DNA of 64,000 bases, taken from positions 1 through 64,000 of the forward strand of contig CBDCKN010000006.1 of NCBI GenBank assembly GCA_965218295.1. The letters run 5' to 3'. This document shows positions 32,002-43,927 of the stretch, piece by piece; positions within the stretch are counted from its first letter, which is position 1; each line of letters opens with the position of its first letter. The translations under genes and the position numbers were made by a program. Source of the stretch: Longimicrobiales bacterium (GTDB lineage: Bacteria; Gemmatimonadota; Gemmatimonadetes; Longimicrobiales; Gaopeijiaceae). The notes beneath the pieces are model-generated. The model ran no database searches and was not told the origin of the DNA. It worked only from the letters and a program-made list of their open reading frames with translations.

Positions 32002-32958
32002 ATGCGACTGTTCGACCAAGCGAGCTATCCCTTCATCGAGTGGCGCCGTAAGGCCTACATGGTGTCTGCGGCGGTCATCCTCACCGGGATAACGATGATG
32101 CTGGTCAACGTGTTCGCCATAGGTAGCTGGCAGAACTACGGCGTCGACTTCACCGGCGGATCCCTCATCCAGGTCCACTTCCATGAGCCTGCCACGGCGG
32201 CCCAGCTTCGGGCGGCCCTCGGGGGCTCTCAGGCGCCTCCTATCACCCGGTTTGGCGAGGAGAACGAGTTCGTGATCCGGGCCGCCCTGGGTGAGGAGGA
32301 GGTGGACGTGGTGCGGGCGCAGGTCGAAGAGCAGCTCCTCGCCGCGTTCGGGGGTGATATGTTCGACGTGGTCAGGACCGAGACTGTGGGGCCCAAGATC
32401 GGCGGAGAGCTCCAGCAGAAGGCGGCCTTGGCCATTCTGTTCTCCTTCATCCTCACGCTCGTCTACCTGGCCTTCCGGTTCGAGCTGCGCTTCGGGCTGG
32501 CGGCCGTGATCGCGACGATCCACGACATCCTGATCACCCTGGGCTTTCTGGCGTTGTTCCGGATCGAGATCGCGCTACCCACCGTGGCCGCCATCCTCAC
32601 CATCGTGGGGTACTCGCTCAACGACACCATCGTGGTGTTCGATCGGATCCGCGAGAACCTGAATGCCAAGGGCGGACGCCGTGAGGATCCGGTGGCTCTG
32701 GTCGATCGTTCCATCAACGAGACGCTTCCGCGCACGGTGCTCACCTCCGGGACGACCCTGGCCGTATTGCTGGCTCTCCTCTTCGTGGGTGGCGCGGTGA
32801 TCCGTGACTTCACGCTGGTGCTCATACTGGGGGTCGTCATCGGGACGTACTCGTCCATCTTCGTGGCGTCACCGGCGCTCCTAGAGATCCAGAAGCGCTT
32901 TGGCGACGGATCGGCCCGCCGCGACCGGAAGAAGAGCAGGGCTACGGCGACCGTGTAG
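32002..32958 (+). CDS. secF: Protein translocase subunit SecF
   Basis: GVDFTGG, GYSLNDTIVVFDRIRE. Confidence 0.97.
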   Translation: MRLFDQASYPFIEWRRKAYMVSAAVILTGITMMLVNVFAIGSWQNYGVDFTGGSLIQVHFHEPATAAQLRAALGGSQAPPITRFGEENEFVIRAALGEEEVDVVRAQVEEQLLAAFGGDMFDVVRTETVGPKIGGELQQKAALAILFSFILTLVYLAFRFELRFGLAAVIATIHDILITLGFLALFRIEIALPTVAAILTIVGYSLNDTIVVFDRIRENLNAKGGRREDPVALVDRSINETLPRTVLTSGTTLAVLLALLFVGGAVIRDFTLVLILGVVIGTYSSIFVASPALLEIQKRFGDGSARRDRKKSRATATV

Positions 32959-32968
32959 GTAGTGTCCT

Positions 32969-33733
32969 GTGTTCGACAGCCACTGCCATCTGACGGACGG
33001 CCGTTTCGACGACGATCGGGCGGCCGTCATCACTAGGGCCCGCCAGGCCGGCGTGACCCGCATCGTCACCATCGCCTCGGATCTCGAAGACGCTCACACC
33101 GCAGCAGAGCTGGCTGCCGCGCACGACGGCATGTGGTCCACCGCCGGAGTTCACCCTCACGAGGTATCGCAGGCGCGAGACGACGACCTGGAGGGGATCC
33201 GGGAGCTGGCCACCAGCCGGCCCGAAGTCGTGGCCATCGGTGAAACCGGTTTGGACTACTTCTACGATCACTCGCCTCGGGAGCTCCAGCGGAGATGGTT
33301 CGAGAACCAGCTCGGGCTGGCCTGCGGGCTGGGTCTGCCGCTGGTGATCCATAGCCGCGAAGCGGAAGACGACACCATCGCCGTGATCCGAAGCGCCCCT
33401 CCTTCGACAGGCATGGTTCTGCACTGCTTCACGGGGAGCATGCGGCTCCTGGAAGCCGCGCTCGAAGTCGGATGTCATGTGTCCTTTTCAGGGATCGTCT
33501 CCTTTGCCAAGTTCGACGGCTACGAGGCTGTGAGGGTGGTTCCCGGCGATCGCATTCTGGCCGAGACGGATTCGCCGTACCTGGCCCCCATCCCGCACCG
33601 GGGCAAGCGCAACGAGCCTGCTTTCGTCACTCAGGTGATCGAGGTGATGGCGGGCATTCGGGGCGAAAGCGTCGAGGCGATGGCCGAGTCCACGACCGCC
33701 AACGCCACCCGCTTCTACGCCCTGGAGTCATGA
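32969..33733 (+). CDS. tatD: TatD-family hydrolase/nuclease
   Basis: DSHCH, GVHPH, IGETGLD, ETDSPYLAP. Confidence 0.93.
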   Translation: MFDSHCHLTDGRFDDDRAAVITRARQAGVTRIVTIASDLEDAHTAAELAAAHDGMWSTAGVHPHEVSQARDDDLEGIRELATSRPEVVAIGETGLDYFYDHSPRELQRRWFENQLGLACGLGLPLVIHSREAEDDTIAVIRSAPPSTGMVLHCFTGSMRLLEAALEVGCHVSFSGIVSFAKFDGYEAVRVVPGDRILAETDSPYLAPIPHRGKRNEPAFVTQVIEVMAGIRGESVEAMAESTTANATRFYALES

Positions 33734-33743
33734 CGGGGTCGAA

Positions 33744-35513
33744 ATGCCGCGCACCATAGAGGTTCTTCCGGACGTCGTAGCCAATCAGATCGCCGCCGGG
33801 GAGGTGGTGGAGCGGCCCGCGTCCGTGGTGAAGGAGCTCGTCGAGAACGCCCTGGACGCCCGCGGAACCCGCATCGATATCGTTCTGGAGCGGGGGGGCA
33901 AGCGCCGCATCCGCGTAACCGACGATGGCGTTGGCATGACCCGCGAGGACGCCCTGCTCTGCCTGGACCGCCACGCCACCAGCAAGATCCGCACTGCCGT
34001 CGATCTCCAATCGGTCGTGACCTTCGGCTTCCGGGGCGAGGCCCTGCCGTCCATTGCTGCCGTGTCCCGCATGACGCTGGACACAAAGGACGGAGACGAT
34101 GAGGTGGGGACTCGCATCCGGGTGAAGGGCGGAACCATGAGCGGCGTCGATGACGCTCCCAGGCGCCGGGGGACCACGGTTGAGGTCGGAAACCTGTTCT
34201 TCAACGCTCCAGCCCGCTCGAAGTTCTTGAAGGTGGTGGCCGCCGAAACCCGAGCCGTGAGCGAGGCGGTCACAGTCTTGGCGTTGGCTAACGCGTCGGT
34301 GGCCTTCACGCTCACGTCGGATGGGCGTGTGCTCCTGGACCTGCCACCGGCCAAGGATCTCACGGCCCGCGTGAGCGCCATCTGGGGCAGGGAGCTGGCG
34401 AGCACCCTCGTCGCACTGGCCGCCGAGGCCGACGGCATGTCGCTGCGTGGTCTGGTGCAGCGGCCCGATGCCGCCAAGAGTGGGCTCCGTCGGGCGAACC
34501 TGTTCGTGAATGGGCGCCCCTTCCGGAGCCGCCCCCTCATGGCTGCCGTGGATCGGGGGTACCGCACCACCATCTCCGAGAAGGTGCGGCCGTGGGTCTT
34601 CCTCTATCTGCAGATGCCACCCGGGAGCGTGGACATGAACGTCCACCCGGCCAAGGCGGAAGTGTGGTTCCGATCGGCCGCCGCTGTGGAGTCGTTCGTG
34701 GAGGACGCCGTCCGGGGATGCCTCACCGCCGAGGCGAGCGCGGCCACCCTCGACACCCAGCTGGCTCCGCCCCGAATGTCCGTCCACGAGCCCGGTCCGA
34801 CCTCACGGCGGTCCCGCGACCCACGGGACGAGGAGAGCCAGACGGCCCTTTTCCTGTCGGCCGATGCGATGGGGGAGGGCTTGGCAGGCGGGGAGGGCCA
34901 GGCCGGAGCGGCACAGATCAGCCCGGCCCCCTTGGTGGAGGAGCGCCCGCGTCTCTGGCAGGTCCTCAACACCTACGTGCTGGCGGAGACCCGCGAGGGC
35001 CTCATCATCATCGATCAACACTCGGCCCACGAGCGCATCCTCTTCGAGCGCCTCATGGATGCCTTCGAGGAGGGAGGACAGACTGGCCAGCGACTGCTCT
35101 TTCCCCTCACCGTCCGGCTCTCTAAGGCCGAGTTCCAGGAGGCCGAGGCCCTTACCGGCATGCTCAACCGCGTGGGCTTCGAGGTCGAGGGCTTCGGCGG
35201 GACCACCATCATTGTTAATGCCGTCCCCGATCCTCATCCGTACTTCGACCCGCAGCGCTGTTTCCGTGAGATGATGGAGGAGCTGGTCCAGGGCTCGGAC
35301 CTCACTCGGGCGGCCAAAAACCAGCACGAGAAGATCGCCATGATGTTCGGGTGCAAGGGGGCCATCAAGGCTGGTCAGAAGCTGAGCGAGCGTGAGATGC
35401 AGGAGCTCTTCGATCAGCTCTTCGCCACCGAGCTTCCGTACCACGACGTGCACGGTCGTCCCACCATCGTGCGACTCGGGAAGGACGAGCTGGAGCGAAA
35501 GTTCGGACGTTGA
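33744..35513 (+). CDS. mutL: DNA mismatch repair endonuclease MutL
   Basis: IAAGEVVERPASVVKELVEN, GFRGEAL, DQHSAHER, HGRP. Confidence 0.97.
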   Translation: MPRTIEVLPDVVANQIAAGEVVERPASVVKELVENALDARGTRIDIVLERGGKRRIRVTDDGVGMTREDALLCLDRHATSKIRTAVDLQSVVTFGFRGEALPSIAAVSRMTLDTKDGDDEVGTRIRVKGGTMSGVDDAPRRRGTTVEVGNLFFNAPARSKFLKVVAAETRAVSEAVTVLALANASVAFTLTSDGRVLLDLPPAKDLTARVSAIWGRELASTLVALAAEADGMSLRGLVQRPDAAKSGLRRANLFVNGRPFRSRPLMAAVDRGYRTTISEKVRPWVFLYLQMPPGSVDMNVHPAKAEVWFRSAAAVESFVEDAVRGCLTAEASAATLDTQLAPPRMSVHEPGPTSRRSRDPRDEESQTALFLSADAMGEGLAGGEGQAGAAQISPAPLVEERPRLWQVLNTYVLAETREGLIIIDQHSAHERILFERLMDAFEEGGQTGQRLLFPLTVRLSKAEFQEAEALTGMLNRVGFEVEGFGGTTIIVNAVPDPHPYFDPQRCFREMMEELVQGSDLTRAAKNQHEKIAMMFGCKGAIKAGQKLSEREMQELFDQLFATELPYHDVHGRPTIVRLGKDELERKFGR

Positions 35514-36451
35514 TGGACTTTCTGGCGATCACTGGACCCACCACATCCGGGAAGACCGCCCTCTCCATGGAGGTGGCCCGCACCCTCGACGTCGAGATCG
35601 TGTGCATGGACTCCCGTCAGGTCTACCGGGGCATGGACATCGGGACCGACAAGGCGAGCCAGGAGCTTCGGGAGCGGGTACCCCATCACGGTCTCGACAC
35701 GAGAGATCCCAACGAGACGTACAGTGCGGGCCAGTTCGGCCGGGACGCGCGCGTGTGGATCTCCGAGATCCGTGCTCGGGGGCACGTACCCCTGGTGGTG
35801 GGTGGTACGGGATTCTTCCTCCGCGCTCTCACGGATCCCATGTTCCGCCAGCCCGACATGGAAGGGCATCGTCTCGAGGCGTTACGCCGATATCTCAGGA
35901 CCTTCACCAGGGAGGAGTTGGAACGTTGGGTAGGGGAGCTCGACCCCAGCCGCGCGGCCATCGCCGCCGAGGGAGGGCCCCACCGCCTCGGGAGGACCCT
36001 GGAGGTAGCGCTCCTCACCGGACGTCCGCTGAGCTGGTGGCATGAGCAGGGAGCGCCAGACCAGGAGCCGCTGCAGGGGGTGATCGTGGTCTTGGAGATG
36101 CCCCGGGAAGAACTGGACCGACGGATCGACGCCAGGGTAACCCGGATGGCGGAAGAGGGGTTGGTCACGGAGGTGGAGCGGCTGCTGGAGCAGGGGTACG
36201 GGCCCGACGATCCGGGCATGACGGGGACCGGCTACCGGGAGATCGCCGCGTACCTGACCGGTGAGACGAGCCTCGAAGAGGCCCTCGATCGGATGCGGTC
36301 GGTGACCCGGAAGTACGCCCGCAGGCAGCTCACGTGGTTCAGGCATCAGGTGCCCGACGGTATGGTTCGTATAGACGCGCTCCAGCCTGTGGCGAACCAG
36401 GCCGCACAGGTGGTGGAGGCGTGGACGCTCGCACCGGTGGCACAGGGATGA
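35513..36451 (+). CDS. miaA: tRNA dimethylallyltransferase
   Basis: GPTTSGKT, DSRQVYRGMDIGT, YARRQLTWFR. Confidence 0.96.
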   Translation: MDFLAITGPTTSGKTALSMEVARTLDVEIVCMDSRQVYRGMDIGTDKASQELRERVPHHGLDTRDPNETYSAGQFGRDARVWISEIRARGHVPLVVGGTGFFLRALTDPMFRQPDMEGHRLEALRRYLRTFTREELERWVGELDPSRAAIAAEGGPHRLGRTLEVALLTGRPLSWWHEQGAPDQEPLQGVIVVLEMPREELDRRIDARVTRMAEEGLVTEVERLLEQGYGPDDPGMTGTGYREIAAYLTGETSLEEALDRMRSVTRKYARRQLTWFRHQVPDGMVRIDALQPVANQAAQVVEAWTLAPVAQG

Positions 36452-37605
36452 GCATGAAGATTGGGATCACATGTTACCCCACGTACGGGGGCTCAGGCGC
36501 CGTGGCGACGGCTCTGGGCATACAGCTCGCGAAGCGAGGGCACGAAGTGCACTTCGTCTCGTACGCACAGCCGTTCCGCCTGGGCCACTTTCACGAGCGG
36601 ATCTTCTTCCACGAAGTGGAGATGGAGCACTACCCGCTCTTTGAGCACCCTCCCTACACGCTGGCGCTGGCGGTTGCCCTCCACGACGCGGCTCAGACCC
36701 ACGACCTCGACCTGCTTCACGTTCACTATGCCATCCCCCACGCCACCTCGGCGTGGATCGCCCAGGAGATGCTTGGGGACGGGGGCGTGCCGGTGGTGAC
36801 CACCCTCCACGGCACGGACATCACGTTGGTGGGACTCCATCCGTCTTTCCAACCGATCACGCGCTTCTCCATCCTGCGCTCTACCGGGATCACCGCGGTC
36901 TCCGAGTACCTGCGAGACGAAACGGTCCGTGACTTCGGCGTACCCCCTGAGCGGATCGAAGTAATCCCGAATTTCATCGACACCGAGGTCTATGATCCGG
37001 CGAAAGAGCCCTGCCACCGGTCGACGCTGGCAGAGGAGGGGGAGAAGATCGTCATGCATGTGTCCAACTTCCGGCCCGTGAAGCGCGTGCTGGACGTGGT
37101 GGAGATCTTCAGGCGAGTGGCCGCGAAAGTGCCGTCCCGCTTGATCATGGTGGGCGACGGACCGGACAGGCCGCGGGCCCTGGAGAGGGCCCAGGCCCTG
37201 GGCGTGGGCGACCGTGTGGTCTTTCTGGGGAAGCACGACTCCGTGGAGGAGCTGCTCCCGTGCGCCGATCTCTTCCTGCTTCCCAGTGGGTCCGAGTCCT
37301 TCGGCCTGGCAGCTTTGGAGGCGATGGCCTCCGGGGTGCCGGTCGTGGCGTCGTCGGTGGGGGGCGTGCCGGAGCTGGTTCCGCACGCGGAGGTGGGATA
37401 CCTCTACCCCGTGGGAGACGTGGACGGAATGTTCGAAGGGGCCCTGGAGATCCTGAGCGACCCGGATCGGCAGATGGCCTTCGGGGAGACGGGTCGGACC
37501 GTCGCGGTGGAACGCTTCTCGGCCGAGCTGGTGGTACCGGCGTACGAGGCGTGTTACGAGCAGGCGATGGAGTCCCACCCGCAGACCTTCGAGTCGCACG
37601 GGTGA
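36448..37605 (+). CDS. bshA: N-acetyl-alpha-D-glucosaminyl L-malate synthase
   Basis: KIGITCYPTYGGSG, LLHVHYAIPHA, TTLHGTDITLVG, SNFRPVKR, ESFGLAALE. Confidence 0.93.
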   Translation: MSMKIGITCYPTYGGSGAVATALGIQLAKRGHEVHFVSYAQPFRLGHFHERIFFHEVEMEHYPLFEHPPYTLALAVALHDAAQTHDLDLLHVHYAIPHATSAWIAQEMLGDGGVPVVTTLHGTDITLVGLHPSFQPITRFSILRSTGITAVSEYLRDETVRDFGVPPERIEVIPNFIDTEVYDPAKEPCHRSTLAEEGEKIVMHVSNFRPVKRVLDVVEIFRRVAAKVPSRLIMVGDGPDRPRALERAQALGVGDRVVFLGKHDSVEELLPCADLFLLPSGSESFGLAALEAMASGVPVVASSVGGVPELVPHAEVGYLYPVGDVDGMFEGALEILSDPDRQMAFGETGRTVAVERFSAELVVPAYEACYEQAMESHPQTFESHG

Positions 37606-38390
37606 GTCTCTGGGAGGCGGTCTTTCTCGGATTCCTCCAGGGGGCCACGGAGTTCCTGCCGGTCTCCAGCTCGGGCCATCTGGTGTTGGGCCAGACCCTG
37701 CTGGGCCTGGAGATCCCGGGGGTGCAATTCGAGGTGGCGGTGCACGCAGCGACTCTCGTCTCCGTCGTTGTGGTCTACCACGACCGCATCCGAGGTCTCG
37801 TCCGCGGCGCCATCAGGGGCCAATCCCACGCCTTGCGCTACGTCGGCTTTCTGGCCCTCGCCACCGCTCCCGTCGTGGTCGTGGCAGCGTTCTTCAGGGA
37901 TTCGGTAGAGGCGCTCTTCGAGAGCCCCTTCGTTCCAGCGGTGGCTTTTTTAGTCACGGGCGCCCTGCTCTGGACGACGCGCACGGCACTGCGGCGGGAG
38001 AGTTGGCCGGGACTGGGCTTTCTGGCGGCAGGCGTGATCGGTCTGGCCCAGGCGTTCGCAGTGGTGCCGGGTATCTCGCGATCGGGGGCGACCGTGGTCG
38101 CGGCGCTGTGGATGGGCGTCGAGGCCGAGGAGGCCGCGGCATTCTCGTTCTTGATGGCCATTCCGGCGATCGCCGGAGCCTCGGTCCTCCAGCTCTGGGG
38201 ATCGACCGATCCGGGACCGAGCCTCACAGGCGGTGCCCTGATCCTGGCGTCGGTGATGGCTGCGGTGACCGGTGTCCTGGCGATCCGGGCGTTCGTGGCC
38301 TTCCTGGCGCGGCGGACGTTCCACCGGTTCGGCATCTACTGTTGGGCACTGGGAGCGGCGTTCCTGGTCTATCTCATCTCGGTGGGTTGA
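37602..38390 (+). CDS. uppP: Undecaprenyl-diphosphate phosphatase
   Basis: QGATEFLPVSSSGH, PGISRSG. Confidence 0.94.
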   Translation: MSLWEAVFLGFLQGATEFLPVSSSGHLVLGQTLLGLEIPGVQFEVAVHAATLVSVVVVYHDRIRGLVRGAIRGQSHALRYVGFLALATAPVVVVAAFFRDSVEALFESPFVPAVAFLVTGALLWTTRTALRRESWPGLGFLAAGVIGLAQAFAVVPGISRSGATVVAALWMGVEAEEAAAFSFLMAIPAIAGASVLQLWGSTDPGPSLTGGALILASVMAAVTGVLAIRAFVAFLARRTFHRFGIYCWALGAAFLVYLISVG

Positions 38391-38395
38391 TACTA

Positions 38396-38557
38396 GTGTC
38401 CCGTTACCAAAGTGTCTCGGCCAGTCGAGGGCACGGGGCATCCGTGGGCTCGGCGTTGGAACTCCTTACCGTAGCTTGCGCTACGCTGCGTCGTCCCGCC
38501 TTGATCCCACGGCGCCCCGGCCCTCTTGGTGGCTCGCGAACTTCGGAAACGGAACAC
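38396..38557. mobile_element. MITE type 1, longest copy (162 bp)
   Basis: CTAG at both junctions; 18-bp imperfect TIRs; whole element is an imperfect palindrome. Confidence 0.9.
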
Positions 38558-38560
38558 TAG

Positions 38561-39331
38561 GTGGACCGTCTCTACGACTGGGAGGGCAAGCCGGTGGCGG
38601 TGTGGGAGCGCCTCTGGAACGTGCCGGTTTTGGAGGCCTACGACACGCTTCCCTCCACGAACGACCGGGTCCGAGAGTTGGTGGGGGAGGGGGCGGCCGC
38701 CTTCACCGTGGTGACCGCCGAGACCCAGACGACTGGGCGCGGCCGGTCGGGAAAACGGTGGGAATCACCGACGGGGTTCGGCCTGTGGATCTCCTTTCTG
38801 CTGCGACCCCCAGCGGGGGGCGCTCCGGCCCTGACGCCGATTCTCGTGGGGCTTGCCACCGCCCGGGCCATCGAGGCCCTGTGCCCTGAGCTCCATCCTG
38901 AGATCAAGTGGCCGAACGATGTTCTCGTGAGTGGCCGCAAGGTGGGAGGCATTCTGTGTGAAGGCGTGGGCCCGGACGCAGTCGTGGTGGGCGTGGGTCT
39001 CAACATCTGCCAGCGCGAAGAGGATTTTCCCTCCGCTTTGAGGGACCAGGCGACCTCTCTGGAAGCAGCCGGGTGCTCAGGAGTGTCGAGAGCCGAGTTG
39101 GCCGGGGGACTGCTCGGCGAGGCACGCAATCTGGTCGAGCCCCTCCCAGACAGAATCGATGAGGGCTTGCGCGTAGAGCTTCAGCACAGGGATGCTTTGG
39201 CAGGACGTACGGTCCGTACAGACACGGGGCAGGTGGGGCAGGCCATCGAGGTGGCGGACGACGGAGCCCTGCTGATCGAGGCGGAGGGGATCCGGTACGC
39301 GGTTCGAGGCGGGGGTGTCAGTATCGTCTGA
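38561..39331 (+). CDS. birA: Biotin--[acetyl-CoA-carboxylase] ligase
   Basis: STND, QTTGRGRSGKRW, KWPND, KVGGIL. Confidence 0.93.
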   Translation: MDRLYDWEGKPVAVWERLWNVPVLEAYDTLPSTNDRVRELVGEGAAAFTVVTAETQTTGRGRSGKRWESPTGFGLWISFLLRPPAGGAPALTPILVGLATARAIEALCPELHPEIKWPNDVLVSGRKVGGILCEGVGPDAVVVGVGLNICQREEDFPSALRDQATSLEAAGCSGVSRAELAGGLLGEARNLVEPLPDRIDEGLRVELQHRDALAGRTVRTDTGQVGQAIEVADDGALLIEAEGIRYAVRGGGVSIV

Positions 39332-39362
39332 ACTCGAGATATACTAGCGCGGAGAGAGTGAG

Positions 39363-40139
39363 ATGGATCTGGTCATCGACGTGGGAAACAGCGAGACGGT
39401 GCTGGGGCTCGTGCAGCCTGAGGGGCTGGAGTTGGCGGCCTACTGGCGTGTGAGCACGACCGTACCGCGAACCGTGGACGAGTATGAGCTCCTTCTCCGC
39501 TCCCTGCTCGCCGACCGCGGGTTCACGCCTGAGGACCTGGGTCTGGCGGTCCTGGGATCCGTCGTCCCATCGGCCACGGACATCATCACCGACACCCTGC
39601 GACGGATCGGGGGCGAGCCCCCAGTGGTTGTGACCGCACAGAGCCCTCTCCCCATCGACCTCGACGTGGACGAACCGCTGACGGTCGGCGCCGACCGGAT
39701 CGTCAACACGTTGGCCGCAAAAGAGATGTACGGACGCGACACCATAGCAGTGGACCTGGGAACGGCGACGACCTTCGACTGCATCACCGCTGACGGCGTC
39801 TTCCTCGGCGGCGTCATTTCCCAGGGCATCCAGGCGGGACTCGACTGGCTGGGGAAGAAGACGGCCAAGCTGCCCGACGTCGAGCTGGGTCCTCCTGAAC
39901 GAGTGATCGGGCGCCGGACCGAGGACTGCATCCGTAGCGGTGTGTTCTACTCGGCAGTGGACGCCGTGGACGGCATCGTGAGGCGCATCCGACGTGAGTG
40001 GGCACGCCCCGACGTTTATGTCGTGGCCACCGGAGGCTACGCCGAGGTGGTGGGGCCACACACCGAAACGGTGGACCACATCGAGCCCTTCCTGACCCTC
40101 TATGGGCTTGCGCTGGCCGGGCGGACCATTCGGGGCTGA
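39363..40139 (+). CDS. coaX: Type III pantothenate kinase
   Basis: IDVGNS, GADR, DLGTATT, ATGG. Confidence 0.94.
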   Translation: MDLVIDVGNSETVLGLVQPEGLELAAYWRVSTTVPRTVDEYELLLRSLLADRGFTPEDLGLAVLGSVVPSATDIITDTLRRIGGEPPVVVTAQSPLPIDLDVDEPLTVGADRIVNTLAAKEMYGRDTIAVDLGTATTFDCITADGVFLGGVISQGIQAGLDWLGKKTAKLPDVELGPPERVIGRRTEDCIRSGVFYSAVDAVDGIVRRIRREWARPDVYVVATGGYAEVVGPHTETVDHIEPFLTLYGLALAGRTIRG

Positions 40140-40182
40140 GAGAGGCTGCCGATCCGAGGTGTAGACCGCCCGCAAGACCAGG

Positions 40183-41560
40183 GAGCTAGGATCAAAGGGT
40201 GTGTAAAAAGAGAGGCGACGTACCTTTCCGCTGAGTAATAACCAGCGAACTCCGGGTGACAGCCCGGGGGAAAGGAACGACGCCTCGTGAGGAAGAATAC
40301 GGTGGGACCCGAGGGTGAGTCCAGGACGCCCGTGTGGGAAGTTCTGGAAGAAGTGGTTCGGGAGAAGGCGCAGGAGTTCATTCAACAGATCTTGGAGGAG
40401 GAAGTCACGGAGTTGCTAGGGCGAGAGAAGTCAGAGCGCAGGAGGGTGGTGGACGCGACCGAGGGCTACCGCAACGGATACGGCAAGCCGAGGCGGCTGG
40501 CGATGAGCTCGGGCACGATCACACTCCGACGCCCTCGAGTTCGAGGCCTTGAGGAGCGGTTCGAGAGCCGCGTGCTGCCGTTGTTCGCGAGGCGGACGAA
40601 GGAGCTGGGCGCTCTGCTTCCGGAGCTGTATCTGCACGGACTGGCGGAGGGAGACTTCGAGTTGGCGATGCGGGGCCTGCTGGGCGAGGGGGCACCGCTG
40701 TCGAAGTCTTCGATTCGGCGGCTGCGGGCGGGATGGACGGCGGAGTTCGAGGAATGGAGCCAGCGTCGCCTGGAGGGTCGTGAGGTCGTCTACGTGTGGG
40801 CGGACGGGATCTATGTGAAGGCAGGGCTGGAGCGGGACAAAGCGGCGCTGCTGGTGGTGCTGGGTGCCATGCGAGACGGGACGAAAGAGGTGTTGGCCCT
40901 GAGAGCGGGCTACCGAGAGTCGGTCGAGTCCTGGTCCGAGGTGTTGCGGGACCTGAAGGCACGCGGCATCGAGGCGCCCCGGCTTCTGATGGCGGACGGT
41001 AACGCTGCGATCTGGGGCGCAGTACGGCAGGTATGGCCTGAGGCGGGTGAGCAACGGTGCTGGAACCACAAGATGAGGAACGTGCTGGACCGACTACCTC
41101 AGCGGGAGCAGGGCGAGGCGAAGGATCTTCTCCGGGCCGTGGTCTACGCACCGAGCCGGGCCGAGGCCCTGAAGGCCCGCGAGGTGTTCGCCCGACGCTA
41201 TAGGCCGTGGTATCCGAAAGCAGTGGACGTACTCGAGGACGACTGGGAGCGGATGGTAGCGTTCTACGACTTCCCCGAGGACCACTGGAAGCATCTACGC
41301 ACGACGAACGTGGTCGAGAGCCCGTTCGCCGCGGTACGGCTCAGGACGACAGCAGCGAAGCGGTTCAAGCGGGTCGAGAGCGCTACGGCGCTAATCTGGA
41401 AGTTGCTCTTGGTGGCTGAGAAGCGGTTCCGAAGGCTCGACGCTCCTCACCTCCTCAAGGACGTATTTGAAGGAAGAAAGTTCGAAGACGGAAAGCCCGT
41501 CTCACACCAACAGCGGAAGAACGCCGCCTAATACGTTTACACACCTATTGACCCAACCTC
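40183..41560 (+). mobile_element. IS256-family insertion sequence, copy 2 (intact)
   Basis: Same TIRs as copy 1; 8-bp TSD AGACCAGG at 40175-40182 and 41561-41568. Confidence 0.95.
40287..41531 (+). CDS. IS256-family (Mutator-type) DDE transposase, 414 aa
   Basis: YRNGY, WADG, MADG, QRCWNHK, RTTNVVE. Confidence 0.95.
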   Translation: MRKNTVGPEGESRTPVWEVLEEVVREKAQEFIQQILEEEVTELLGREKSERRRVVDATEGYRNGYGKPRRLAMSSGTITLRRPRVRGLEERFESRVLPLFARRTKELGALLPELYLHGLAEGDFELAMRGLLGEGAPLSKSSIRRLRAGWTAEFEEWSQRRLEGREVVYVWADGIYVKAGLERDKAALLVVLGAMRDGTKEVLALRAGYRESVESWSEVLRDLKARGIEAPRLLMADGNAAIWGAVRQVWPEAGEQRCWNHKMRNVLDRLPQREQGEAKDLLRAVVYAPSRAEALKAREVFARRYRPWYPKAVDVLEDDWERMVAFYDFPEDHWKHLRTTNVVESPFAAVRLRTTAAKRFKRVESATALIWKLLLVAEKRFRRLDAPHLLKDVFEGRKFEDGKPVSHQQRKNAA

Positions 41561-41588
41561 AGACCAGGGAGTTCCCGCGATTGTCCAG

Positions 41589-41616
41589 TTGACAGGACAC
41601 CCGTGGATAATAGATT
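41589..41616 (+). promoter_or_regulatory. Sigma70-type promoter of groESL
   Basis: TTGACA-N16-TAGATT immediately upstream of CIRCE. Confidence 0.6.
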
Positions 41617-41625
41617 ACCGGCTGA

Positions 41626-41652
41626 TTAGCACTCGTTCGATGCGAGTGCTAA
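41626..41652 (+). promoter_or_regulatory. CIRCE element (HrcA operator)
   Basis: Perfect TTAGCACTC-N9-GAGTGCTAA. Confidence 0.97.
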
Positions 41653-41702
41653 CAAAACACCGAACTTCAAGTGACCCAATCAGTTAGCAGGAGGCATTTC
41701 GG

Positions 41703-42020
41703 ATGGCGACGAAGGCTGCGACCAAGGCTGCGACCAAGATCAAGCCCCTTGCGGACCGTGTGGTGGTGACGCCCCTCGAGGAAGACGAGCAGATGCGTGG
41801 GGGCCTCTACATTCCGGACACCGCAAAGGAGAAGCCACAGCAGGGCAAGATCGTGGCAGTAGGACCCGGCAAGCTGTCGGACGAGGGCGTGCGGGTAGAG
41901 CCCGACGTCGAGGTCGGGCAGACCGTCCTCTACGGCAAGTACAGCGGTACCGACGTGACGATCGACGGGGAAGAGTTCCTCATCCTACGCGAATCCGACA
42001 TCCTGGCGGTCATGGGGTAG
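41703..42020 (+). CDS. groES: Co-chaperonin GroES
   Basis: [29 protein letters not shown]. Confidence 0.98.
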   Translation: MATKAATKAATKIKPLADRVVVTPLEEDEQMRGGLYIPDTAKEKPQQGKIVAVGPGKLSDEGVRVEPDVEVGQTVLYGKYSGTDVTIDGEEFLILRESDILAVMG

Positions 42021-42078
42021 AGCGTTGAAATCGGCGCGGATTCGGCAACTTTCTATAGAGACACACAGGAGTAGGTAA

Positions 42079-43716
<1,638 letters not shown>

Positions 43717-43804
43717 CGTCTTCGAGACACCATAGTGTCGTAAGGACCGGCACCGGCTTACGAGCACCCCTTCGGGAGGTCGGGAGTCTGTGCCCCCATC
43801 CTTC

Positions 43805-43847
43805 GCGGTGGCCCGGTTACCCTACGGTGGCCGGGCTGTCGTCTTTT
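43805..43847 (+). terminator. Probable intrinsic terminator after groEL
   Basis: GGCCCGGTTACC-CTAC-GGTGGCCGGGCT followed by GTCGTCTTTT. Confidence 0.55.
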
Positions 43848-43927
43848 CAGGTGGTGGCTTTTCCTTCCGACTCCACTACCTTTTTTGCCGCCCCAGGCGG
43901 CAAGTGAAACGACGGAACTGAACGAAC

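Noticed and set aside
17091..41560. Composite transposon bounded by the two IS256 copies
   Set aside because: Each copy has its own matching TSD, so they are independent insertions
41548..41580. Hybrid promoter from the outward TTGACC in the IS256 right end
   Set aside because: No -10-like hexamer at 16-18 bp in either insertion; groESL has its own TTGACA promoter
43717..43927. T-box riboswitch upstream of thrS
   Set aside because: No T-box consensus (AGGGTGGNACCGCG) is visible; the hairpins are explained by the groEL terminator
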